Source of the DNA: Marsupella aquatica | Lineage: Eukaryota; Plantae; Marchantiophyta | Direction: 5' to 3' | Assembly: GCA_973895155.1 (NCBI GenBank) | Contig: OZ316891.1 | Coordinates: forward strand, 17,234,095-17,298,094 | Length of the DNA: 64,000 bases | Part shown: in pieces, positions 12,664 to 25,331 of the stretch | Numbering within the stretch: the first letter of the stretch is position 1 | How the letters are laid out: every line of letters begins with the position of its first letter | Translations under genes and position numbers: made by a program | The notes under the pieces: generated by a model | The model's database searches: none | Seen by the model: the letters and a program-made list of their open reading frames with translations, nothing else | Told to the model about the DNA's origin: nothing

Positions 12664-14899
12664 ATTATTTACTAAAATATAAACTAAAGTGCACAGATAT
12701 TTGCGACCCGAAAGAAACCTATGCTATAGACAATATTTCTGAAAATTAACATGCCAGATCTGTCGTTATTGTCGGCTTCAAGAACAAATCACTTGTGGAT
12801 CTGCCCATGCGTTAGATTTCATAAGGACCTGGAGTAACTAGCTACTACCCAATGAACACCAACCTAAACAGGCCTCCTGATTCCACAATGTTATGTTCTG
12901 GCAGGAATGTAGAAATTGAAATCATACAGCTTCCATACTCTGCATAGAATTTCTATGTACAATGAAACTCATTTGCACCTCCTTTTACAAGAATTACGAA
13001 ACAATCTTGCAACTTCAAAAGAGGTGAACAAGATGAGTTAAACAAATCTATATCAGGGTTCCCTGGTCGAGCACTTTCACTTCGCTGGAGATATTGAAAC
13101 AAGAGGCCAGAAGTGAAAGTTTTTAAAGGAACTTACCAGAGGGTGTCAAGTCAGCATCGCAAAGAAGCCAACGACAATTTCCTCCACCTGAGCCAGGTGA
13201 CACTTTCAGCCCCTTCTCAACTTGGCCCTTCAGTAGAAGAAAATGTGCATCGGCTGTTTTCCGCCTTCGTTTGTTAAAACCATAATTGTATTCCTTCGAT
13301 ATCAAAGGACCCACCTGGACGTAAACGAAAAATTGGCACGAACGGGCAACGTGAATGGAACACCAACGAACAAAGCACCAGAAAAATATTGAGCTCCACT
13401 ACCTGCATTCCTGCCTTACAATCGAATATCCAGTTAAGTATGGTAAACTCTACATTACAAATATATGACGTCGACAACCAACTCGAAGACGTAATGCTTG
13501 TTTCCCTTAACACAAAGGTGAAACAACACATGAAAGGCTAAAAGTCTGCGATCAGATTCGAATTGATTCCAGGTTGGTTGGCAGCTGAAGACATCAGAGA
13601 GGAGAGCTAGACAGCAGGATTCAAAGAAATCTTTGAGTTTCTTAGAGAGAAACTTGCCTTGGGCCCTGATTTAGAGAGTAAAATCTCTTGCTATTGACAC
13701 GTTCACTACCGCTTTCTCCAGTAGGTCACCTTCAATGATTGACACCAGGTCAATATCGTCGCCACATGGATTTAAAGCCATTTATCCTCCATTAAAATTC
13801 AATCCCTCTTATTTCTTCAGCAAACATGGAAATGAACATACTCGAAGGAATATCACCAGTACAAAAGTGGATCACATTTGAATAAGTGACATGGCCACCG
13901 GAAGTGATGACAGAGAGTGACACTTCATGGCCTTTTCCAGGTAGTTCTCTTATTGAGGTGTGCTTTACGTAAGGACAACTGGCCCGCTATCTAAATAGAG
14001 CAAGAGTTCCGTCAGCGATCCCCTCTAGACTGTTTCTCACGAGTATGGCTACCATGGCTGAGGTAGTCCTTTAGACGAGGTCTCAAGCTAAGCATAATGA
14101 CATACATCAAAGCTTCATTGTGTTTGCAAGTTCTTTTCTTGCAATTTGGCATTGCTGTGCTTTACGTTTAAAGGACTGGCCACCTAATATAGTAGACCAA
14201 AAATACAATTTAACAGTCTTCTAGAATTATCTTCAGAATTATTTCTCAGAATACTATGGTGTCATAACTGAAGTAAGCGATGAGATAATTGAAGAAAGTT
14301 CAACCCCGCCCAGGAAGCTGTTCCTCAAATACGACCAAACAAAAGTTACGGTACTTTCCACCAAAGTCGTGATGGTTAACAGTACAAATCTCATGACCAA
14401 CTTGGATAAAGCATATACACATATCGCTAGCACTAGCAAGAACTAAATCAGAACGAACAGGACCAAAACAGAGGCGTAGGAGCTGGAGACAACGTAGTTA
14501 ACATAGGCAAATATGCATGAGACACTAAAAGTCTCTCCGATGAAAAATAGAACCCCCTCCCCCCCATTTCTATGGCAGTGAGATGCAACTTACACTTACT
14601 GGCAATGAAGACTGACAGGTGAAAGAATATCCGTGTCCGTATCTGACATATTTAATCAAAGCTCTGCGATTTCCAGTGAGTGAATCTTGACTAGCGGCAG
14701 TATAGATTGATGTATATTGTTGGCTTGTTAATCTTGGGGAAGGCCCTGCACTTTGGCTTCATTCACAAATCAGCAGGACAGTCCATGTGAGTAGTGGGTA
14801 ATACCGAAAACCTGAAATTACTGAAAACTTTGAACTTTTTACGGTGTTTAAACCTGCTGTTGCTGTTAAAGTGCCAAGTGTAAACCTTATTCCGACTTA

Positions 14900-15040
14900 A
14901 TTACGAGTACTCTATTACGCGTTTACGCGTATACAAGTTACGGGTTTACGGGTTTACGGGGTATTTAAGTTACGCCAATACGGGTTACGGCCTACGCCTT
15001 ACGCGTTTAAGGAAAGTGTACATTACGACGCTACGGCTAA
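14900..15040. repeat. TTACG-rich degenerate micro-repeat array
   Basis: Many (T)TACG units, e.g. ttacgggtttacgggtttacggg. Confidence 0.85.
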
Positions 15041-15195
15041 CTTCGCAATGGCTTAGCAACGGATCGGGGACTTCATGCCTTGATAGGAATCAAGCACAGA
15101 GTTCAGGCGCTCACTCCTGTCTTTTCACCACCCCTATTCACTTGCTCTTTCCCTTCGAAAGCAACCTTCGCAGCACGCAAATCATCGTCGCACCT

Positions 15196-17627
15196 ATGGC
15201 GAACCTGGGTGCTGAGGAACAATATCAAATTGAAGCTCTAGCAGTCTCAAAAGTAGTGGCAGCTCGTATACCACGAGCGCCTGATAGTCTTTCTAATTTA
15301 CAAGACTCTTTACAACACTTAGGATTGGAGCGCTTGCTCAAGATTCCCTGGAATGTCGAGCTCGACTCCTACTTGCAGGATTTTGTGAAGGGGACTATCA
15401 TTCCGATCGAATTCAGGCGAACGATTCGAGCTCGCCCCAGCCTGTGGACTGTTGAGCAAATTGCTTACGCCTTTGGATGCCCGTCAGAAGGAGAGGCGTT
15501 GTATTCCAAGAAACAGGACTTATCTACTCCATACTTCTCAGGAACTCGAAATTCCAAGAATGGTTGGAACTTGTCCCAGTGTACTTATACTGAATTGAGA
15601 GTGCTCATGGAATTTCTGGTACCCATTCTTTATCCGAAAAAGCCAACTCTCTGTCTTGTGGCCTTGGCTAACACTATTGTAGTTGCTCACAGTGGAGCTA
15701 TAAAAGTAAATTGGGCCCTACTTCTGTTTAATGTAATGAAGGATCAAGTAAGGAGCTTGGAAGCAGGGAGGACCACTTGCTTACAGAATTATCTCTCTCA
15801 GCTCTATTATGCCCATGACTGTTTACATCTTGAGGAAGAGACAGAGAGGGGGTTACTCCTGATTGACCTGGGTATCGAAGAAGAAATTCCCATGGAAGAC
15901 ATTGTACATGTCACCCCACTGGATTCGAATGATCAGAAGGTTGAGGAGAATGTTGATGTTCCCATGGAGGATACTTCATTAGAAGTCCCTACACATTCTC
16001 CTATGCATAGCAGGGAAGTCGTTTACCATCCAATGAGTGATGAGCATTCTCCCAGTCGGACCATAGGTGCAGATCCACTAGAAGTTGAAGGAGTAAGGAG
16101 CATTCATCAACAAGACGATGTTGCTACACCAATTGATGCTACTCCTCATGTGACCACTAGGTCCACTCCTTCAAAAGCAGAGTCAAATCAGCAGCTTATT
16201 GATAAGTTGACATCTCTCCTCAGTTGCAGTGATGATTGACTATATGATGCTGTTAGTAATTTGAGAATGGAGGCTGTTAGTTTGAGATCACCATTTCATG
16301 ATCAGCTAAGTCCTGTCAGAATGACCTCTCCCCCAAGAGAACCAGCACCAATGGAGTTCGTGATCTGTACTCCTGCCCCTGTACAGCCCCTTCCCTAGAA
16401 ACAAGTGAACCTGTTCCAGTAGCAGGTAGTACCAGTTGTGTAGCCATTGTGGATGACTTGCTAGAAATGCTTTAGTGTGAACCTCGACAGATAGCATCCG
16501 TGGTCAGCAACTTGATCCAACAATGTCCAACTGCTAGTCCCACTCTTAGCCCAGATTCACAACCTTACACTCCTGATTCCAACTACGAACCCACAGAAGG
16601 ACCCACCTACAATCGGTCACAGTATGAGCACCCTTACGTCAGAGAGGATCTGCCTGAAGACTCTGATCCACCCTCAGGTGGTGAAACTTATAGATCTTAT
16701 GATAATTCTCTTGAGTCATCCCCAAGGCAGGGATTTGAAGATGTTGATACTGCCTTAAGATCCAATCCAAACTTAGTAGCAGTCGTCACCTCATCTACTC
16801 AAACACCCCGGAATGCCACCATCGAGAGTAGATACCCGAGACACCCAGAGTCCCAAGTGCATAGGTATGTGGAGACCTGTAAGATTATGCAGGCCAACAG
16901 ACCACCGGCTGGAGAGTTCTGGAGATACTACTATCTCAAGAAGACAGAGGCCAGTTAAATCTTTGACCTCAGGTGTTTTGGAACTTCTAGAGTGGAGATG
17001 GCACAATTTGATGAGTTCTGGACTATCTCTCTCTACTTCCGGCCTATTCTTGCTGTGATGCTACTTCAGGGTGATGTAGAGGTGGAGGATCCAGATTTAG
17101 TTCTGGCATATTTTGGGAATTTGGCAGCTTATGCCCTAGATTTTGTGGTTTCTTTTCTCATGCAGAATAAGAAATCTACTTCTCCCAATAACGCTTACAT
17201 CCCTCGAGAACCCAAGGTTACCCTTGTTTCAACCAGTTCAATTGTTGAGAAACAAAGGATCTGGAACAATGTCACCTCTCAAACTCTGGCCAGCTTCAAC
17301 CGGTATTTCATAGATGTCAAATGGAGGCTTCAACCTTTCTATTCCATGATGCTGAACTCTGATGAATTCCTATACCATTATCCCCAAGTATATGCTGCTA
17401 CTTGTAATAACTATGATGTGATTGGGATATATAGAGAAGCTCTTCGAAGAGACATATTCTAAGGAAGAGAATGCCCCTGATGTATCCTGAAAGGCAACTG
17501 AGATGCCTACCCTACTCTCGAGGATCCCCACGCCAGGCTGAACTAATGGAAGTTACACAAAATCGAACTGTCACAGCAGTGGAGCTACTCGAACCAGAAG
17601 ACATCTGACAACAAGCTTGAGGAGTAG
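15196..17627 (+). pseudogene. Decayed ~800-codon retrotransposon accessory ORF of unknown function
   Basis: ATG at 15196. The N-terminal domain (LLKIPW...IRARPSLWT...FLVPILYPKKP...NTI...VNW...YLSQLY) resembles multicopy TE-associated hypothetical proteins of liverworts/mosses (from memory). The frame continues through stops at 16237, 16396, 16420, 16441 and 16462, shifts near 16500, then has stops at 16956 and 17460 with more downstream. Confidence 0.65.
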
Positions 17628-17829
17628 TCTAAGTGTTTTTAGTTAGTTTTAAGAATAGTGCATCTTTCCCTATTTTTCAAAATGTGTTATAGAGCTTTAA
17701 AAGCTACGAAACTTCTTTCGTATATAGTCTGTACCTAGGAAAGTCTGCTGGCAAAATCTCAGAGTTTTCTGACTTATAGTTAGGAAGTTAAAAATAGTTG
17801 AATTTGATAAGTTTTTAGTTGTATCGCAA

Positions 17830-17900
17830 TTACGGATTACGGCTTACGTTTTTATGCTTTTACGAGTTTACGCCTTTACGCTTTTATGCTTTTACGGCTT
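17830..17900. repeat. Second TTACG/TTATG-rich array
   Basis: ttacggattacggcttacgtttttatgcttttacgagtttacgcctttacg... Confidence 0.85.
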
Positions 17901-17975
17901 CTTACTTAGCCATTTTCCGGCTTTTCACTTACTGAATTGTTATTTTGACTTGCTATTTTGACTTTTTGAGGAGGA

Positions 17976-18814
17976 TGAAGAGGCATGTCTCTTCGACCTT
18001 ATGACCTCTTACTCGTGTAGATTTTTACTATAAGACCCCTCCACCACTAGTGTAGTTGATGGTTAAGTTATGCATTTTTGTCTTTTCCTTGTGTTAAACT
18101 AGTTGATCATGAATCTATGAGTTCGAGATCAGGTTTAACATTTGGAGAGACTTACCTCCTTCTTGTGTTTTTACCTATGATTATAAACACAGGAAGTAAA
18201 ATTCCTTTTGTGCAAATCTTTTGAGTTGTAATGACAAATTCCTTGTTGGTGACTCATTGCAATCTCTTGAGTTCTTAAAGTTAACTCATTGAGTTTAAGC
18301 CTTATTGAAATTGATGGATTTTCTTTCATGTTGCTTAGTACCATCTAAATGTTGAAGTAGTCACTCTTTTAGATCTTGTCTGAGTACCACTTAGAAAGAA
18401 AAGACAAGAAGTGTTGACGGCACTTTAAAGGAGTACTCTAGTAAGCATTTTAGACCTGAAAAGCAATATGGATTTGAATCCTTAAGTCTTTTCATTTTGA
18501 CTTATGTCTAAGGAGCAACCTTGGTCAATTCCAGACTCCCTTAGCATACTTTAAGATATTTTCCCTTGTGTTTTCTTAATCATTCCCTTTTCATTAATTT
18601 ATGTTTACATGATGCTGAGTTATCATTGAAAACTACTCACCGCTGTGGAGCGATCTTCAAAATACCTTAGTAAAGTAATCAAACTTGATTACTATGTGTG
18701 GAAAACATTTTAAGTCTATTATTGTTGTTTAAATCTATCAAACCAACCCCATCTTGTTCTTTATGGAAACGAATACCGAGTTTGAAGACCATTAAGTGTG
18801 TTTTTGGTTCTTCA
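17976..18814 (+). repeat. Putative 3' LTR (839 bp)
   Basis: Starts TGAAGA immediately after a PPT-like tract, ends TCTTCA (6-bp inverted termini, TG...CA), and has a TATA-like ctataaga near 18028. Confidence 0.55.
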
Positions 18815-20720
18815 TAGCAACTACAGTCCGTAAGTTCTCTAGCCTTTTAGTCTGTCCAACTAGACGTTACCCTGTATCTCTAGCCAGCTGACTTTGATTT
18901 ACTTGCTCTTTGGTTCTGGACCAATCAATTAAGAACTATTTTTAATGTAAGAAACACGTTGCTCCAAATTGAATTGCAATGTGTTTGGCCAATCCCCTCT
19001 TGGAAGGAGCACCAATCTTGAACTGCTCATTTGACTAGTTGGTTTTATATGTCTGGCCAACTCAACCGTAGCAAACCTCTACACACATAGATTTTTTCAT
19101 TCATGCAAAAGACTCAGGTACTAGAGATTCACTCTTGCAAGCTAAATGAACTTACCCAACATTTGGATCTTCACTTCTCTGCCGTCAACCTTCACCAAAT
19201 TCTCATACGATGATAATGACAATAGACGAATCCTGCAAAATTGCTTGTGGACAAAGAAGAACAAAGCACGACATATGATTTTCTCTGCAATAAGTTCAAC
19301 CCCTTCGAAACTGATTACTCCTATTGGGTGGCTTGCTAGATTTCTACAAAATAATGCTGATTTACTGATTTTGTTATCATCACCGCTCGCTGTGAATGAG
19401 CTATCTAAGACTTCTATCCTGGAACTTTCTGCGTATACAATTTTCCTACATTATACTTTGTCAAGAGTTCCTCAATTGTTGCTATGCTGTCCCTTTTCAC
19501 ACATGCAATAGGATGACCTGAGATGCAATGAATCCTCTACACCAAAATCCTATCAGATAGTGATTGCTTAACAATGAGAAACTCTTTCTTTGCCTACTTA
19601 CCGTGGCACGTGAGTTGCTCTACGCACTCAAGAGGAAGTCTTCAAATTCGTCATGGATGAAGGTCGTTGGCAGCTCAGACAAACGACAGTTTTGTTTTGA
19701 TTACTAGAATAGTGGAGCAGAAACTTTCACCTGATATCCAGTTTCACTGATGCATCAGGTGACGATTTCCTTTCCACACGCGGTCTAGCCACATACGAAA
19801 GATTGGCCCCGAGTTTGGACTCCTCCCCTCAGTGGCATGAACACGGGAGCTCTCCCACAAGGTGGCAGTGCACAACGTGCTGTTGCTGCCGGTCCAAATG
19901 CTGTGAGCCCGGAGACAGGATATGATTTGCTGCATTGGAGCAGCTCGTCACCCATAGCCATCGATGCAGGAGGATCAATCCAGGCCAAGGATTCCTGATG
20001 AGAAGTCCGCCTAAACAGCGAGTGTGCAATCTTGCTACGGGAGCACATCTGGAGGGTCCTCTTCACAATTATGAAGCGACAAAACATATCCAGGATGGGT
20101 GATTGGCACAACTGCAGAGAGCCAAAGCCTCTGCTGTAGGCCGTGGGTTTGTGGGGAGGATCTTTCTTGAAACAGTTTATTTGGGAAAGAAAGAATGCAA
20201 CTGCCAACAACAGGGCGTAGCACGAGACGTTTCCAATGTCGGCAAGAAGGTAAAAATGGAAATTGTGGTGAGATTTGTCGGAATCCAACAATTTTGCGAA
20301 CAACGCTAGCCCCAAACATTGAGAAGTTCTTACAGCCGATCTGGACTATAGTCCTGCAAACCATGCAGTGTACTTTAGAAGACTACAGTTGGAATTGACG
20401 ATGAGCTAGGATTCAAATTTTGGAACTACAGTGGATATCAACCACTGGACTACAGTAATGTTTCCCCCTCCTTCTAATAATATAATATTATTAGAAAGTT
20501 AGATCCAATTCTAACATTATCCAAGTCAGCTGTGGAACTTATTATCCAGACCATGAGGATGAGTTTTAAGAAGTTTGTGCTTGAAATGGAAATTTGAGAG
20601 CCCAAATGAGAAGGTTGAATATGTTTTCCTTGAATTCTTCCAATCAACTTTATTATGCAAGGTTGCATGAATATGGTGGGTAGCTTGCAGAGTAATACCT
20701 TTCGATTCTATGAGGTAGTC

Positions 20721-20884
20721 TCGATGATTTATTTTCTCAACCACAAACACCTCGCTCTTGCTAATACCATGAGGAGGGCGTCATAGACAAGGTTGCAAGG
20801 TAATATTGATCCTCAATGACTTATTTTCTCAACCACGAACATCTCGCTCTTGCTAATCCTATGAGGATGGCGTCATTGATAAGG
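20721..20884. repeat. Imperfect direct repeat, about 72 bp x2 (period 92)
   Basis: tcRatgaYttattttctcaaccacRaacaYctcgctcttgctaat...gcgtcat..gaYaagg at 20721 and 20813. Confidence 0.85.
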
Positions 20885-21958
20885 GAGTGTTGATTTAATC
20901 TCAACAATGCTATAGACATGACCAGAATCAAATGATGATTTTTACACTTTCTTTGAATTGCAGTAAGGGGAAGATTAATGCAAGTGGCATCACTTTCATC
21001 CTTTCACTTTTCAAAATGGAGGTGCCAAAATGGCATAATCTTAGCTGAGGTTCCATTGTTAAAACATGAATTTCATACATCCTAGCCATTTGAGGATGTT
21101 GCCATTGCTGGCACTTTACCCTACTAACTCATGGAAAGTACAAAGTGCATCTACTAGGGCCATCTCGCATGTGAATAGTCCTCTACAAGTTGTCTCTAAA
21201 ATGTGATACCTGAGTGGCTCTTCATGTTCCTCAAATGTAGTTGACAGCACATGAAGATAATTTGTCAGGGATGCAAAACTTGCGTCCTTGAAACCAATGA
21301 GTCCATGCCTATTCATGAGGGCCCAACAAAATCTTTTCCAATACAATTTCCACTATAACCTTTTATGCTCTCTGTCCAAAACCATTGCAAAGCCAATGAA
21401 CATTTCCTGGGGACCATCTTGTTTAAAGGGTAACAGCACAAGTGCAAGCTGCAATTAGCTTTGCATGCGGCTAAAACCCTTGGTTATATTTGTCAAGCAT
21501 TGGATGTTACAATCCCATCCAACAAATCTCAAACCCTTGGTTTATATTTGTTCAAAATCCAGCAAATTGCAAAGAGACAAATATATGTAATGTACACAAC
21601 AATCCATATTTATATATTTATCCAGGGGATTTGTTGACATTGTTAAACATGGGCAGTGGGCCTTAAATAAAGGCTTATAGTTGACATTTCTGTGTATATC
21701 TCGGATATCTTTACATTTAGTGTGAATTCCCCCAACAACAACCCCCCCCCCCAAGCTAGTCATGGAATATATCAGCCATAGCTGTGCACGCTTCAGCCCA
21801 GAACGATACATGCAGACTTTTGGCTTCTCATTCATCCTTCATTGATCTCTGTGTTTCTATCGACTTGATGTGGACATCATAGCGCTTTGGGGTGAGATTT
21901 CATTTTGTACTTTATGGCAACCTGTGAAACTTGTATTGTAATCTGCATCTTCATGTTC

Positions 21959-24900
21959 TTTTTTGCCTCGAAAAAACCAATTGAATTCCATTCAAAAAGT
22001 CAGCATACAACATGGGGGGGCCCAGAAAACCGGGACACCAACCCAAAAGGACCGAAGGTCAAAAGTGCTGTGGCCGGGAAAAACCGGGAAACCAGAGAAG
22101 GAGCTGAGCCTCAACAAGAGGCAAAGAAACCAAACCAGAAGTTTAGAAAACTACAGAAGGAGCAACACACTCCCAAGACCGGCCAGTGTCCAGGGACCGG
22201 CGTGGTCCCATACAGTGGATCCATGATAGAGAAAACCCTATCAATCTACCTGCAGTGCAACCCTTAAACTAGCAAACATGCAAAGGGTCTCACGGAGGAC
22301 ATGGTGGGACCGGTGGGACTTGGAGTGTATATTCATGGATCGTCCATAATCCATCCCAGGTACCGTAATCCTGAGACATCTGCTGGTGAGCATCAATGTA
22401 GGTGGATTTCCCAGCATGAATCCTGGCTCGGTGCCTAGCCCAGTCACGTCTAATGTAGATGCTAAGGCGATTCCATGACTTCCGGATTGCCATCTGTGGA
22501 TTCGGGTGAGTGTGTTCGATGAAGTGTGTGCAGCACTCCTTCCAAATTTGCCAGCATGTGATAGCCCTTAGAGTGTGCCAAAGTTTTGCTGGAACATCCC
22601 ATTCATCTGGTATCTCGGCTCCAACAAAAATGTGTGGAGGTTGCAACTGGATCTGATTCCCCCTAGAGAATGCACTGTGTTGAAGAATATCTTGCACCCA
22701 TTGCCAGACTGTCTGTGACAGGTCGCAGGTCCAAATGCAGTGGACAATGTCTTCCTGCTGATTGTTTCCACATCTGGTACACCAAGTGGTAGGATCGGTT
22801 GGAGGCAATGTGGGAAACCTCCAATGCTGCGTGGCTGGTATTCTGTGTAGTAGCTGCCACAAAAAACAGTTCTCACTGGCAGCACGGAAGGGGAGCCATG
22901 TGTTAGCCCAGAGCAAATGGATGTTGGGACTCCAATTCAACCGGATCGCCCATTTACGTATTGCCTTGTGTAGAAAACCTGCTGGCCGTCCCTGAATCTC
23001 CCGTAGTTGGGCTGTGGTCGTTTCCAAGAAGGGAAGGCCATCTCTCCATTCATATTGGAGCAGTGGCAAAAGGTTTCCCGTAGGTCTCCCAATTCGCAGC
23101 GGAGGGGTAACATCTGTGCTCAATTTTTGAACCATGACCCTATGCAGGAGAGTCCCCATAGGGGGGTTAGTGTTGTTTATTCTGTACAGATAGCTGCAGG
23201 ACACTTTATAGGTTCGTTTGGGGAGTGAGACATCATGAAATTGCTGCCATTGGGAAGTGATGTACCTCTCCTCTGAGTGAGATATTCCCAGACGTACAGA
23301 TTTCCGTCAGGGAGATCAGCCTCCATGAAGTAGGGGAGTAGTTTCCCTGGGTCACAGTGCAGCTCCGGGATGCTCCTGAGATTGTTGATCATCTTCCTAT
23401 ATGCACAAGCGCAATTCCCTGGCAAAACTGCACAGGGTCCATCCTCCCACATGATAAAATTCCCTTCCACATCCACAACATCCTTCACATATCTAAAACC
23501 CGTCTGCTTGATTTTCTAAAACCCGTCTGCTTGATTTTCCGTTGGGGATTGGTGCGACATTTTGCCATCGATGGGTTGATATGATTGAGATGGGGCCTCC
23601 ACAGAGGGAGATCCCTCCAGCCCTCCAAGTGGCCTGGCGGTGTAGGTCGCAAATTCTTCTTGAGTACATTCCACGCAGTGCATACGTTTGTCCACACTCG
23701 TGACCCGTTCCGAGGTAGAGTATGGCATTGAGAGAAGACCCAAGTGAAGTCTTCCACTCCCCACTTTTGCAGTGAGAGTTGCTTCAACTCATACTGAAGG
23801 ATGCGGCGCAAAGGATGATCCTCTTCAGCCAAGGCCCAAATGATGAATTACCCTGCTAGAGCTCTGAATTGGGCCGCGAGTGATATCAGACCCAATCCAC
23901 CGAATTGTTTGGGCCTGGTGATCGTAGCAAAATCTACCCTAGCCCGGGCCTTAGTGTTCTGCCCAGCCCAAACAAAAGCCGTGATCTTCTTCTGCAAATC
24001 ATCCAGGGTATTCAGCTGGCCGGCCCACACAGTGAGCGTGAACCATAAAGTGCTCATGACTAAGTGATTAGCCACAGTTACCCAAGCGATCAACGAACCT
24101 GAACTCCTGCGGACTCTGTCTAATCTGTTCTCCAGCTTCTCAGACAAAGCTGAGACCATCTGTTGTTCCGAGATATGTTGGGCCATGGGGATTCCCAGGA
24201 GCTTTGTGGCATTGGTATCATCTTCCCACATCCAAGGTAGTCGTCTGAATTCCGTTGGCATTGGATGTGGCGAAATGAAAGTTGCCTTCGTTTTCTCCCA
24301 AGCGCAGAAGAGACCAGAGGTCGAGAATCAGCTTACATTGGTCCACAATATGCATCACGGCCCGAATGAGCATCGCAATGTCGTCTGCAAACAAATTGTG
24401 TACATTGTGCACTGCCACATGCTGGATGTCCACTCCCTGTATAGTACCCCTGTTGACTTCATGATCGATAATCCGGCTGAGTGAGTCCATAGCAATAAGA
24501 AACAACAGGGGGGACAGAGGGCATCCCTGTCTCACCGATCGAGCCAAGTTGAATGGCGAAGCCATCCTGCCGTTTATCAATACAGCCGAAGACGCAGATG
24601 CGTGGGTGGCCTTCAGGAAATTCATGAGCAGTCCATCAAAACCGACCTTCTCCATCAGAGCCAAAAGAAAGTGCCATTCCAATTTATCGAAGGCCTTGGT
24701 AACATCTAATTTCAACAAGACGTAATCCAAACCAGAGATTTCGGCATGGTGCAACATCTCATTCAGAAGCATAAGGGAGTGATGAATGTTGCGACCCGGG
24801 AGAAAGGCAAATTGTTGAGGCGAAATGAATTTTTGCAGGACTGGGACTAATCGCAGTTGGAAGGCTTTTGCGCCAATCTTGTACGCTGTGTTGAGTAGAG

Positions 24901-25331
24901 TGATGGGGCGCTTATGTGTTAAGTACCTTTGGTCGCCCTTCTTTGGGAGGAGAACGATAAATCCGCGAGTGATGTCGTGAGAGAAGCTCCCCTCTCCGAT
25001 CCCTTGAAGCATCGCCCATTGCAGGGAGGGGCCCACCGTGTTCCAATGCGCCAGGAAGAATTCCACAGGAACCCCATCGGGGCCGGGGCACTTGTTGTTT
25101 GCTAAAGCCGCTGCTGCTTTCCCAAGTTCGTCCACCGTGAGAGGTTCATTCAGCAGCGTCCGGTCCTCCCTTGTAATGCGTTCGGTCTACATCTCCAATA
25201 CTTGCATTACCTGCTCCCAGTGGTACCCAGCTGAACGGCCAAGAATATCCTGGAAGAATTTGGTAGCGGTGGTTGCCATGGCGTTCCATTCGCAGACTAT
25301 TTGATCCTCAGAGTTGAAGAGCTTTAAGGGG
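21959..25331 (-). mobile_element. 5'-truncated L1-clade LINE retrotransposon
   Basis: Perfect 16-bp TSD ctgcatcttcatgttc (21943-21958 and 25332-25347), A6 tail at 21959-21964 on the minus strand, and RT plus zf-RVT coding sequence inside. Confidence 0.93.
22290..25320 (-). pseudogene. LINE ORF2 fragment: reverse transcriptase and C-terminal zinc finger (zf-RVT), frameshifted
   Basis: KCPGPDG, RPITLLN, LDVTKAFD, RQGCPLSP, LFADD, then CFLW...CTRC...HCIWTC. Disrupted by frameshifts near 24.3, 23.5 (23-bp tandem duplication 23492-23537) and 23.2 kb, and by a stop at 23848. Confidence 0.93.

Larger units (their letters stand above)
14800..18814 (+). mobile_element. 3' remnant of an LTR retrotransposon (Ty3/gypsy Tat/Athila-like layout): extra ORF, PPT and LTR
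   Basis: A decayed large intronless ORF flanked by TTACG arrays is followed by a purine tract (gaggagga, 17968-17975) directly abutting a TGAAGA...TCTTCA segment. No gag/pol or second LTR is visible, and the 5' boundary is approximate. Confidence 0.6.

Noticed and set aside
13138-13314. Possible minus-strand exon (ccag|...|gtaagt) with an open frame
   Set aside because: Could not be linked to other exons to give a recognisable protein.
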